The notes under the pieces were generated by a model, which saw only the letters and a list, made by a program, of their open reading frames with translations, was not told where the DNA came from and searched no databases. Below, piece after piece: positions 37,110 through 49,830 of a stretch of 64,000 bases of DNA (within the stretch, counting starts at the first letter, position 1; every line of letters starts with the position of its first letter). A program made the position numbers and the translations under genes. This DNA is from Lama guanicoe (taxonomy: Eukaryota), in NCBI GenBank assembly GCA_013239625.1, contig MU053873.1, forward strand, positions 1,440,524 to 1,504,523. The letters run 5' to 3'.

Positions 37110-38356
37110 TGAACAGCTACATGTAAAAGAATGCAATTAGAACAGTCTCTAATACCATATACAAAAATAAACTCAAGATGGATTAGAGTTAAAAAAGCAA
37201 AATGAATTAGAGTAAAATGTAAGACTAAATACTATAAAACTCCTAGAGGAAAACATAGGCAGAACATTACTCTTTGATGTAAATTGCAGCAATATTTTTT
37301 TGGATCCGTCTCCTAAGGCAAAGGAAATAAAAGCAAAAATAAACAAATAGGACCTAATTAAACTTAGAAGCTTTTGCACAGCAAAGAAAACTATCGACAA
37401 AACGAAAAGACAGCCTACTGAATGAAAGAAGATATTTGCAAATAATATGACCAATAAGGGGTAAATATCCAACATATATAAACAGCTCATACTACTCAAC
37501 ATCAAAAAACGAACAATCTGATTAAAAAATGGGCATAATAACTGAATAGATATTTTTCCAAAGAGGAAATGCAGATGGCCAACAGACATATGAAAAGATG
37601 CTCAACATTGCTAATCATCAGGGAAGTGCAAATCAAAACCACACTGAGATATCTGACTTCATACTGGTTTGAATAGCTATCATCAAAGAGAACATAAGCA
37701 ACAATAGTAGGCCAGTATGTGGAGAAGAGGGAACCCTCGTACACTGTGGGTGGGAATGTAAATTGGTGCAGCTACTGTGGAAAACAATATGGAGGTTTCT
37801 CAAAAAATGAAAAATAGTACTACCATATGACCCAGCAATTTCACTCCTGGGTATATATTTGAAAAAAATACTAATTCAGAAAGATATATACACCCCAATG
37901 TTCATAGCAGCTTTATTTACAATTGCCAATGTATGGAAGCAGCCTAAGAGTCCATCAACAGATGAATGGCTAAAGAAGATGTGGTATAGATACAATGGAA
38001 TACTACTCAGCCAAAAAAAAGAATGAAATTTTGCCATTTGCAGCAACATGGATGGACTTGGAGGGCATCACGCTAAGTGAAATAAGCCAGACAGAGGAAG
38101 ACAAATACTGTATGATATCATTTATATGTGGAATCTAAAAAATAAAACTAGTGAATAAAACGAAAAAGAAGCAGACTCACAGATATAGAGAACAAACTAG
38201 TGATTGCCAGTGGGGAAAGGGAAGAGGGGAGGGACAATATAGAGGCAGAGGGAAAAAAAGGATTATTATGGAATTATGTGAAATCATGTGTGTGAAACTT
38301 TTGAAAATTGAAAAACACTGTAGGATTTAAAGAATCTTTAGTTCATTAAAAAAAAA
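37110..38356 (+). mobile_element. Younger 5'-truncated L1 (ORF2 C-terminal region, 3'UTR and A-tail)
   Basis: 'ataaaactcctagaggaaaacataggc', 'gacatatgaaaagatgctcaacattgctaatcatcaggg', 'gcagcaacatggatggacttggaggg', and terminal A9. No TSD found. Confidence 0.92.
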
Positions 38357-38459
38357 TTGAAAAAATTTGTGAGTACTCCAAAAAATAAAGTCCTTAAAAG
38401 GCTTCCTATTGTGGCCAATATACAAGGCAATACAAAATACATTAAATTGATTCATACTA

Positions 38460-38775
38460 CAGTCATCCAATGGCGTCTTTCGGGGGTTGGTTCCAGGACC
38501 CCCTGCGTATACCAAAATCTGAGGATGCTCAAGTCCCTTATATAAAATGGCCTAGTATTTACATATAGCCTATGCACATCCTCTCATATACTTTAAGTCA
38601 TCTCTAGATTACTTACAATACTAAGCATAATGGAAATACTTTGTAAATAGATGCCAGTGCATGACAAATTTGAATTTTGCTTTTTGGAACTTTCTGAAAT
38701 TAGAAAAAAAATATTTTTCATCTGTGGTTGGTTGAATCTGCAGGTGCAGAACCTGTGGAAATAGAGGGCCAACTG
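38460..38775 (+). mobile_element. Tc1/mariner-Tigger MITE, MER2-like
   Basis: Termini TA|CAGT...ACTG|TA. Internal 'ggttccaggaccccc...ataccaaaatc...gatgctcaagtccct' and 'catctctagattactta'. Confidence 0.88.
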
Positions 38776-38889
38776 TACTTTGTAAAGATCATACTCCAAG
38801 TATGATCAGTGAGGCTGTGATGTAATTAAACTGATCTTTGAGTGTAACTTTTAGGGATGCCGTATTATTTTAAAGCGATATCATTGTAG

Positions 38890-39120
38890 AGGCATTGTTA
38901 TATAGTGACTAAGAGTATGCCTTTTAGAGTCAGACACGCCTTTGCTTGAATCCTGGCTCTGCCATTCACCACTTGGGTGACTTTGGACAAATTAGTTCTC
39001 TCTGAGCCTCAGTTTTCTTATCTGTAAAATGAAAATAATAATAGAGTTGCTTTGAAAATCAAATGTGGTAATATACAAGGATTTTAGCACTGTGTCAGAT
39101 ACACTTAAATACTCAAATAG
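38890..39120 (+). mobile_element. MIR SINE
   Basis: 'ttgaatcctggctctgccattcacc...ctctgagcctcagttttcttatctgtaaaatg'. Confidence 0.85.
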
Positions 39121-39324
39121 TAAAATAACTAAAAGAAATTTCAGGCTAATTTTTTTTTAATGGGGTTTTCCTTTCGGATAGATGTTTGATAGTGGAAGAG
39201 TGGACAGCTGATGATCTATGTTCTGCCAGCTTGCCTCTCACAAGCTGTATGACTGAAGACAATTCTGGCCTGGGATTTTCTCATTTTTAAAATAAAGTCT
39301 ATTCTAGATTGTTGTAATTCTTCA

Positions 39325-40160
39325 ATTATATCTTTCTCTCATTCTTCTCTTGGTTCTCTTCTGGAACCCTTGTTACATGTATTTTGAACTATCTTATTCT
39401 ATACTCCTTGTCTCAACTTCTTTTTCCTCTATTTATCTCCTTGTCTGTCTGCATTTTGGGTAATTTCCTTGGGTCAGTATTTGTATTCTCTAGTTGTCAG
39501 CTGTGTATTGTTCAGACCACCTGTTGAGGTCCTATCCCCCCAGATAAGGTCCCCCATCTTTTATTTCTAGAGTTTCTATTTGATTCTTTTTCATATTTGC
39601 CTGGTCATTTTCCATACTGTTCTTTTTTTTTTTCTTTAAAAACCTTCTTTCTCTTCCTGTCTTTATCTCCTGAAATATTTTAAACATAGTTGTTTTAAAG
39701 TTTCTTATAGTCTTGAATTTTGCCCAACTCTTGTGCAAATTCTCCCATCTACATCACCATTCTGGGTGGTAGGTAGAGTTTTTCTAGTCTCTGTTTCATG
39801 CACAGACCTTGGCAGTTCTTAATTTTGTTCAGATGGTTCATGTCCACCAAGCAGTGTGCATGAAGCTTGAAGCCTGGGCACCTCTCACTGAGGTTGCATT
39901 GGGGCGCCCTTCCCCTGGCTGAAGACAGTGACTAACTCCACTGCTTTTCTTGGGAGCTTTATTGGCTTCACCTCCGGCTGATCACCCTGTCTTTATTCCT
40001 TCTTTGTTTCTAGCACTTGAAGGATTTCTGTTCCTTGGATATGAGCTCTGACATGTAGCCTAAAATTGTTTTCATATATTCTATCCATTCTGTGTTTTCA
40101 TATTGAGAGCTGTCTCTTTCCACAGCCTAATACACCACTTTCTCCATATCAACCAGAAGC
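39325..40160 (-). mobile_element. Ancient L1M/HAL1-like 5'/ORF1 fragment
   Basis: 'tctcttctggaacccttgttacatgtattttgaac' and 'ttttatttctagagtttctatttgattctttttc' resemble degraded ORF1 antisense sequence. Confidence 0.5.
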
Positions 40161-42459
40161 CTCTGCAGATATCTAGACATTTACATGTATATTCCCTTAT
40201 TTAATAAGTGTTTAGAATATTTGATTAAACTTGTCTTTTTCAGCCCTGGGAGAATACTTTGTGTGGAGTTGGTACTCAGTAACTAGCTGTTGAATGAGTG
40301 AATGAATGAATGAGATCTAAGGTATTGGTTTCCAGTTTTGACATTTAATAGACCACTGATGAAACTTTAAACTTTATTGTTGCTTAATTTTTCAATTTTC
40401 TCTGCCTTATTCTCTTTTTAAATGAAGTGCATAATCTATTTTAATTTAAGTGAACTGAATTAGAGGTGGGCCATAGAGGGGAGAATACCCATAAATAAAA
40501 CATAGTGGAGAGTTCAAAATTGCATCAGGAATTAGTGATCCAAAGAGGGAGGTAAATATCAATAAGTCACTAAAAGATACTATTAGACAGGATCAGTGAA
40601 AAGCCCCCAGGGACCCTTCTGAAAGGAGAGAGCAGTGTTATCAGCTCCCCCTGTATCAACCATTTGTGTATTTTTCATGAGATTCACCTCCTTATCTTTA
40701 TAAACAGACTTTGATAAACATAGCCGATTAAGTAGTATGTTTTTCTTGACTTCCAAAGCTGCTTTAATTTTCTCATAAATACCAAGATAATCTCCCTTAA
40801 ACTAAGTGCCTCTTTCCATCTCAGACAGAGCCTATTTTCCTGCTTTTCAGCTTGAGGAGGGTTAATAGTGGCTCTGAATGAACATCTGTTGGCCTCATAT
40901 TGACACAGGAATAAATTATTCAGCATGTAGTATTTGGGAATTTAAAAGCTCCGTGATGAATTCTACAAAACTATATTATGTCTCTGACATTCTAGGGTTT
41001 CATTATTTTGTCTTCAATTATTCACAAAGGCTTTTCACCTCTCAAAGCATATATGGAATTCTTCAGATCAAGTGAGCCCAAGGCTGAAACTATGGAAGAG
41101 TATATTAAGACATGATGTTCTTTCTGTTTTGGTAGTATTTTTCTTTTTAAGTGGACCAAACAATCCTTTCTCTACACATATAAAATGGAGATCTGTTTGT
41201 TATGAGAGTGAACTCTTTTGTTTGTAGAACATAGGTTGTTAGGAGACATTTTCTATGTGCAGTGCTGCCAGTCCTTTCCTGACAGCTCTGGAGAAATGTT
41301 TCTTGAGGATTTAAAGGGTAATTCTCAACCTTCATTTACTATAAAAAATTATCTGTTTCCTATATGTGCATAGAGTGGCACATTAAGATCTAAAGGTGAA
41401 CAAGGGGCCCTGCCTGTAAAGACTTCTTGAATCATTTTCTGTTTCTCCGCTATCCATGCACGAACTCTAGCCCTCTTTGTTTCTGATTATATTGTTGTGA
41501 TGTCTTCCCATTAACTCGGATTCGTGCGTGTGTGCGTGTGTGCGTGTGTGTGATGGATCCCTTTAATAGTCTGGTGAAGCCTATGATACAGAAAAGAATG
41601 ATTAAACAAATATAGTTCCATCCATGGAGTTCTGTGTAGCTCAAAGTGTGAAATAACTTCTAGTTTAACCTAATCCAGACCTCAAAAAATTATTCCATCT
41701 AAACGAAAACTTTCCATTCTTGTGATTAACCCCAAAGCAAATTTTTGGAGAGTTTGAGCAAATCACATTAAGCCATGGAAAAAAACCAACTTTCTTTTTT
41801 TGATGAACAGATAACTAAAAACTACTAATACTTAAAAAAAGACTAGAAACTGATATAAAGATCCAGATTTTCTTAACAACATTAATCACACACACAATGC
41901 ATTTGAGTCCTAAAATTACTAGTAAATCTGCTAGATGTACAAAATGTGTAATAAGAAAATGAGTTGATATAGCTATGAGAAAACTGTACTATATCTGAAA
42001 AGCAGTTAATATTTAAACTTACTACTTCAGTACTGCGCTTACAGTCGTCTTTAGTTGCTATTTTATATCCAATGTGTGTAGGAAGGGACAAAGAAAGGTG
42101 AGAGATAATGAAATGGGTCTGTTTCTCTCCAGTGCTTATGTTGCTCTCTGCTGAGTTAGCCATGAAAAGAAGTATATTTCTTTACTCTTTCAACCTGCTA
42201 GGTACATACTAGATAGATATGCTGGTTTGGTAAATGAAGACTATTGTCTCATCTTCATTATAACATAATATTGAGTTAATTTTTTAGAAGTGTTGGGCAC
42301 TCTGGGGGATTAACAGTAACACACTGCTATCGTCATTCATCCACTTTTTTTTTTTAACCAACCGGTTGCTGGAAAGTTAATTCAGATCTTTTCTGGGCTA
42401 CAGTAAGCAACGATTTATTTTCATATTTTGCCCCCAGTACATAATGTCATAAATTATAA

Positions 42460-42680
42460 CAATTGCTTACATTTGTATCTGTTTACAGAACATTTTTACT
42501 TACTTGATCTTATTTTACTTTCACAGTAACTTGTGACACAGATATGTCGAGGATTATTTTTCTCTATTTCACAGACAAAGAGACTGAGGCCCCAGAGAGG
42601 TTGTGACTTGCCTAAGGTCAGAGTAAGTAAATGGTAGGGCTGAGACTGGAATTCAGGCCTCTTGGCTCCTTTTCAGTGCT
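42460..42680 (-). mobile_element. MIR SINE
   Basis: 'atttcacagacaaagagactgaggcccagagaggttgtgacttgcctaaggtca...gggctgagactggaattcagg'. Confidence 0.85.
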
Positions 42681-43019
42681 CTTTTCTGTAACTCCAGACA
42701 GAGAGGGTTTGCTTTCTGCTTTCCTTTTGTGCTCCTCCAGCAGATGGGTGGGCGTTTGTTCGGTCTTGGTAATGGACATGGACTGTGTCCCCATCTGCTT
42801 GGTACACAATCAGTAACCATACTGCACAGTGTCCATTTAAAATATTAAATTGCATCAAAACTTATGACATTTAAAGTGCACTTACAGTTTAGTTAAGATA
42901 ACAATTTCATCTGTTTCTATGTAATTACAGAGGTTTTCAGTCACTTTAATTTAGCGGACTGGAAAAATATGACCTTTGGCTATGTAGCCTTTTCATTTTG
43001 TGCATGCATGTGCACAAGA

Positions 43020-43041
43020 GTGTGTGTGTGTGTGTGTGTGT
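43020..43041. repeat. (TG)n microsatellite
   Basis: About 11 uninterrupted GT units. Confidence 0.9.
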
Positions 43042-44469
43042 AACTGATGAACTTGAGGAGGTTTCATTACTTTTCTGCCCTGCTTTTCCAAGGTCTCTAA
43101 TTGTCTCTTCTGCAACCCCCAAGCTTCCTCCTTCTGTCTGCTGACAGCAGTCAGGATTTCCACATGACACAGAGCAGCAGATTATTGATTTCGTTTTTTG
43201 TGTCAGGGCACTGTGTGTGTCACTTAAGGTGATCTTGTGGGCATTTAGTTCATCAGTGATTATGCACAGGCTCCACTTTAGCTTGAGCTAGGAAGGAAAT
43301 GTCAAACAGGAAAGGACTGGGATGATTCTTTAAAGTGTGAACATCAGGGAATTTATACTAGAGAGAAACACTGAGCTGTCACTTCTCCTTTAGCGTTTCA
43401 CTTTGATTTCCAGTTGGCATGTTTAAAGAGCCTGACATTTCGTTTCTCTGTGTTCACTTGAGCAGGGAGTATGGGATCAGGAGCCATCGATTGGTTAGCA
43501 GTAGTCTATACCTCTTAAGTAGCATTCGATCATGAATGAAAGCTCCACATGTTTGCAAGTCAGCTCCCAAACAATTGGGTTCATCTATGACCTGTGGAGG
43601 TCTGTCTGTTCCAATTTCAATATAGGGAAGTCAGTACAGTTCCACCAGGCTTTAGGGAAGCTTCACTCCCTCTTCGGTGAGACCTAATTCCAAGGGTTTT
43701 AGGAAATCTGCGTGCTCTATCTTGGGCTCACATAACCGCTGGAGACCTGCTAGGCTAGGCCTACACCTAGTACCCTCTGCGAGCCCTAGCGAATCCTGAA
43801 TATCATCTCTTTCCCTTGACCTCTCAGCTACACTCCACCTTTCAAGGATGAGAGGACTTGAGGGCCACTGTACATGTGGGCAAAAGCTGGAGTTCCATCT
43901 ACTGCTTTTGTGTTTCTTTTGGACAACCTGTGACCACATCTGAGTTCTACAGTTGTTCCTAGTATTTAAGAGAGTAAAGGTTGTTTTCTTCTATAGATTT
44001 TACCTGAGGGTGAATCCTCTATCACAGCCCTCAAGCACTAGGACTGTCTGAAACAAAGATACAGATCCCAGACTGACTTGGAATAGTGGAGACTCATTGC
44101 CTGGCTCTTGCCTGCTTGCTTCGTAGTCCAGTGGCAAAGCCTGCTTTCTGTTTTGACTGGTTGATACCAGTCTGACAGTTCTGAAGGGAGGTATCAAAAC
44201 CCCATTGCTATAAACCTCTCTCTCAAAATGTGTGAGATTGCATAAGTCCACCCCTCCTGGCTTTCAGAAATTTCCAATGATCATAAAGCAGACCCAGTGT
44301 TTCAAGTAAGAGCTGTTGGTCAGCACCTGTCTTCCTCCCTAGCTATTCAAGTTGCTGTCCCTGATCCAGTCTGACACATTAGAAAGAAAGCAACACACAA
44401 CAATTTTGACAAGGTTGGTAATATCTGGCATAAAGATTGATGAACTGTAAACTGACAGGTGGATAGTTA

Positions 44470-44670
44470 GTTAGACAGACCTGAGTTAATGTCCCAAATC
44501 TGCCACCTGTTACCTCCAGCCTTGGACAATTTATGTACCCTTCTGAACTTTAATTTCTTTTTAGTAAAATGGGCTAATATTACCTATTTTACAGATGGTT
44601 GCAGAGATTAAGTGATATCGTATATGAAAAGCCTCCAGGGTAGTGCCTGACCTTTAATGTTTGTTTTCCT
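44470..44670 (+). mobile_element. MIR SINE
   Basis: 'agacagacctgagttaatgtcccaaatctgccacc...gtaaaatgggctaatattacctat'. Confidence 0.75.
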
Positions 44671-45604
44671 TTCTTTCACACAAACCACTCCTATCCCCAG
44701 CTCCTACCCTGAAGATTTAATAAGAACTTACAAGTTTATAGGACAGTATGAGTGATTCAGGTTAGTTATAGCAAATAATTTCTTTCCTGTGAATACTGAC
44801 CTTTTTCTGAGAGAAGATTTTAACATTGAACGAATTCCCAATTATTTTAAATGCTTTAATACATTTTGTTTGAAGTGAAGATGGTGGTCTGTGTAACTAT
44901 TTAAGATCCCTTCAAGCCCTGTAGTTTTAAAATGATTATTTTTGAAAAACCAATATAATATGCTTTTTTGGGTTCTAAGTTCTAATTTCCATGCAGTTAA
45001 AAGTCTTTGGAAAAAAAAAAAGAGTGAGCTTCATAAGAAAATTTTCTTGTTTATGTAACCGGAGCATTAATGCTTTTGTGATGATGTTTTCTCTTAAAAA
45101 TAAAAACAACTAAAAATGAGTTTCTTTGCCAAACTCTCAAAGTTACTTTGCCCTGGGCTCTGTGAGCAAACTCAGGCAGATCCAGAAAACGGTCCTTGCA
45201 GACACCTTGGCTGATTCAGTGACCTTAGCTGTCTGAGAAGAGTGAGGCTGAGGGAAGTGGGAGGCCAGGAGGGCTGGGAAGGGAGGTGGTTCAGGACCTA
45301 GGGACTCAATGGCCCCATGCACTGTGTAAGGATCTTTAGGGGCTGATGATTAGCACTTTGGCAGCAGTTATTTTTTTTTCCTTCCTGTGAGTTTTTATTT
45401 CCGGGGTCTAGCTTTGGAAGTTCTGTTAACCAGCACTTTATTGGCTGTAATATGACATATTCCTTTGTGGTGCCAAATATTTGTGGCTGTTGTGGGTTTT
45501 CTTTTTTTTTAAATTTCAGTTCCTGTCATATTAAGACCAGCTGGTTAAAGTTATTTATCTTGATACAGAAAGGTATTATGACTCAACTGTGCTGAGTAAA
45601 ACTT

Positions 45605-45830
45605 GAGCCATGGGAGTGGCATATACTTCGATGGAAGGAGCAGGGGCCTTGAAGTTAGATCTGAGTTTGAATCCCAACTCTGCTGCTTAAGGAATATGTG
45701 TGACATGGGACAAGCTGCTTAGCCACTCAGAGGCTCCTCTCCCTCACTGGAGAAAATGAATTAGTAATTCTTATGTTTTCGGGTGGCTGAGCATTGATTT
45801 GTGTCAGGTATCCTGTATGTGAAGGTAGAC
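45605..45830 (+). mobile_element. MIR SINE
   Basis: 'gatctgagtttgaatcccaactctgctgctt...tgtgtgacatgggacaagctgcttagcc'. Confidence 0.75.
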
Positions 45831-46170
45831 CCATGTTCGTACCCGGCTTTCTTCTCCTCCTTCCATTCTTTATTCATGAAAGAATTCAACCTCTGGTTTC
45901 ACGTGGAAGCTGGAGCCTTACCAGCTCCTTTGGAGGTGAAAGGAGAGAAAAAATCCTTCCTTCCCCTCCTAACTAAGGTCAGGGAGACTCATTTTGTCAC
46001 CCCTTTGGGAAAATTCCCTGCCCTAATGGTGGGCTATCTTATTTCATGCAGATTACAGAATTAGGATGATTGTAAAATAACTTTGAGAATGGAACATAAA
46101 TGGAGTGCCTGTGTGGTTGCTAATTGTACTACTTACCATCGCTAATAATGCCAATTAGAAGAATGGATTT

Positions 46171-46395
46171 TTTTCCCTTTTTTAAAAAATTGAGTTATAA
46201 TCAGTTTACAATGTTGTGTCAATTTCCAGTGTAGAGCACAATTTTTCAGTTATACATGAACATAAATATATTCATTGTAGCATTCTTTTTCGCTGTGAGC
46301 TACCACCAGATCTTGTATATATTTCCCTGTGCTATACAGTATGATCTTGTTTATCTATTCTACATACTCCTGTCAGTATGTACAAATTTTGAGCT
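46171..46395 (-). mobile_element. Short 5'-truncated young L1 3' end, same family as 5646-8055
   Basis: Shares 'ttacaat.ttgtgtcaa.ttc.agtgtagagcacaatttttcagttatacatgaacat'. 11-bp TSD AGAATGGATTT at 46160-46170 and 46396-46406. Confidence 0.9.
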
Positions 46396-49300
46396 AGAAT
46401 GGATTTATTATTTTCAGTTATATTTTCTTTAAACATTCTGGATCTTTCAGCATGTTAGAGTCAGTCCTATAGTTTCTTAACACTTTCAGATTCTTGGGTT
46501 TGGCAGGTGGTATCATGGTTTAAATACTAACAACAAGGTATCTGTCATGTGTTAAGCATATTTCAAAAAGACCTTAATATCTGATTTGTTGAATCAGGAA
46601 GGAAAGCTGAAGAAATTTTGAGTTGAGATTATTTTAAAGAAAGCATGGTCGAATTTGCTGTTGTTTTCTTGGTAATGTTGCTTCAGGTAGTGTATGTCTC
46701 ATTATTTTCTCTGGTCAGTGGCTCTTCTTTAAGACACAGCTTGAAGGCACTTGTATTGAATATAGTCTAATTTCTGAGTTGTGTTGCAAGATGGCACACT
46801 AGATTTCTGGACCAGTGATCACAGGATTGGTATATGTGTGGTTAGCATACTTTTTCGTAGGCATAGAGCAGACACCAAATGACTGGTAGAATGACTAAGG
46901 GTGGGTATGTTCTTTTATGAACAACAACATATTCTTAATACTGATATAATCCTTTTCTTTGTCCTTTCTGTAAGCTCTCAAGGAAATTAAAAATACTAGA
47001 ACACTGGGTTAATCCAAGTTTTTACTGTTCATGTAATTTTTAAAATAGGTAGAAGCTAGTTTTATATCAGCGTTTGAAAGCTATAGGGCAGTTGTACTGG
47101 TGTGCAGAATATATAACTCAGTGAAAATGTTGCTGCAAATAGACTAGCTCCAATAGATGTTTATAGATTTTTGCACTTGTTCCAAATTAAATTATATTCA
47201 TCTCCAGTGCCACGTTCTACATATCTCACAAAAAGGACTTACCTGTGCTCCATAAAAGTAATCATTTAGAATTCTTGAATTAGACTGAGGACAATGTTAA
47301 TTCTTTGTATCAGAAACTTTTAAAGACACGTGATTTTCTTATCCAGGATTTTCTATCTAATCTCTATTCTATTTTATTTTATTCTATATTTAAACAACTT
47401 CGTTGGTTATACATTTTGGAGATCATTCTGTGCATTTTGGAGATAGTTCTTACTATTAAGTAAATCTGTAGATTTTGTATGCATCATTCACAAAGTGTTG
47501 AACCTTTCCATCATGTTTCACATGTATGTATGTTCCCTTCTGCCGCCAATTAGAAGTTGTCATAGTGAAAATATTTCTTTTTGCTTAACTTTTTTTTTCT
47601 TCTGTGAGAATAGCCTGGTTCTCTAGTAGCAGAGGCTGATGTGAATTAAAAGGTGTTTGGAATTTCCTCTCATGGGTCTAATAAAAATTTTAGTCTAGGT
47701 CTGGATATGTGTATTTTAATTTCTCACATTTATTTGAAAAATACTTCATACTTTAAGCTATTCTAGTTTCTCTTATCTGGTTATTCTCCATTGTTTAGTT
47801 ATAATATGACCAACAATTTGCTCTACAAATTAGACATGCTGCATAGATACATTTATTTGGTAGAATTATGGTTTGACTTCAGCTCTGATATGTAAATTTG
47901 ACTGGATCTGATTGAAAGAATTGTTTTCAACACATGATTTTACATATATATATGTGTATGTAATTTTACACAAACTTTTGTGTGTATCATACATTTATAA
48001 AATCATAAACAGCTTATAAATTAACTTCATCTTGCTCTGCCCACTTTATCTATGAAGATTATATAACCAAATCAGTATATTAAGCCAATTTAAACCAAAA
48101 TAAAAAGTTAAAGAAATTCCAGATTTTGCAAAATAATGTATTTTTGAATAAAAAAATATTGGTAATATACAAGCTAAAATGAAAGTGAATTCTGGATAAT
48201 TGAATTAAAGTATGAGTTTAATTATTGTTGTGCTTTTATATTTTTCCTAAATTTTCTAGAATGAAAATATATTCTTTAATATGTATCTTTAAAGTAACAT
48301 AAATGTAGTTTAAATCTCTTTGAAAGAAACATTTTAAATTTATTTGTTCTACTTAGTTGAAAAATGTTTTTTATACGATTAATAATAAGAAAAGTATATT
48401 AGCATAAAGAATTTGAGTTTAAGTTATGAAATTAACTGTAAAATAAGTTTTTAGTAATGTCACCTTTTTATTTCACCATCACATTAACATGTTAATTGTG
48501 CTCTGAGAACATAGACCATATGTAGCAATTAGGAAATTTAACACACAAAAAAAATTGTAGTTTTTATAAACCAAAGATAGGTAACTTTTTATTACGGCGT
48601 TTTAAAGTATGTCCAGAGTATAAATACATACCAAAATTGCTAATGCTAAAATATCTTTATGATATAATCTGAGCTAGTTTAAAATTACAAAAACTCATAA
48701 GGATAGAAACAGGAAGTCTGACAAATTCCAAAACAAACATGAAATTTACCCATGTTGTTATGACTTTGCAATTAATTGAGCAGCTTTTTTTCTTCGTCTG
48801 TTTTTTTGATGTATTGGTCTCTAAATGCCCACATTTCTTATGCATTTATCTTCAATTCACCTTAATTAGCTGGTTGAACAAAGGCCGTACTCTTGTGCCT
48901 CTAGAGATAGATGCTTCTTGGGATCCTCCGGGCATTAGTCATCATTAGGATTGTTTTAGCCTTGTTAAAGATGCTACAGGTTGTACTCCTTTGGAGACTT
49001 TAAAATATTTTCCCTTCCTACTCATCCAGTTTAATTCAGTATTTCAGTGTATGTGTAACGCTGAAAAAGCATCTAAACAATAAAAAATGTGATATTTTCA
49101 GAGCATTTGTTAAACCTATAAAATGTTATTTTCTCTACTCTGGTCATTTTATAGAGGACTTTGATTATAGATCCTGTTTATTAGAGATCCTTGAATTCAT
49201 AAATCAATTTTGACATTTTCTTTGGTCGAATGATAATGTGACTTATTAATAATTACTCTACTAACTTCCAATTAATGACAATTGTGACTTTATATTAGAT

Positions 49301-49624
49301 TCCTTCTAGTTAGTACTTTGTCATTTTACATCATCAGAAAATGGAGTTTGCTGGTCTGGAATTAAGGAAGCAGTTCCATTTGGCAATAGGTGGTTCATTA
49401 ACACATGGAAAGAAATAGTCTCGCTTACACCCTTCGTGCCAATTGCAAGTGTTTTTGTCAAAAGGGAAAGCTTGCCTTGCTATGGGGGAGGGATGGTTGT
49501 GGCAGATATCTAATCCAAGACTCTTATGTTAGGTTTGCTTTTTAGGAAAAAAAATATTTGAAAAAGAAGACAGTGAAATGAAACCAACAATAGCAGTTAG
49601 CCACTCTATAAATAATTAAAGAAG

Positions 49625-49830
49625 ATCACATTTCATAGAGTAGGATTTTAGAATGTTACACAGTTCTGAAGAACCTTCAGAAATCATTTAACCCAAACTC
49701 TTACTTTAGGAATAGTGGAATTGAGGCCAGGAGAGGGAAAGTAATTGAAATTCACATAAATGGTCAGTAACAAGGCTAGTAGCAGCCCAAGGCTTCTTTA
49801 CTACCTGTCTGGAATTCTAGTTCTGTGTGC
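49625..49830 (-). mobile_element. MIR/MIR3 SINE
   Basis: 'gaagaaccttcagaaatcatttaacccaaactc...ggaattgaggccaggagaggga'. Confidence 0.65.

Noticed and set aside
35535..38356. Possible single 5'-inverted (twin-primed) L1
   Set aside because: Both arms have their own distinct 3'UTRs and cover overlapping ORF2 segments, so they are two separate insertions.
49259..49325. Two crossing 8-bp complementary pairs (pseudoknot-like)
   Set aside because: The stems are AT-rich with long spacing, which is expected by chance in this composition.
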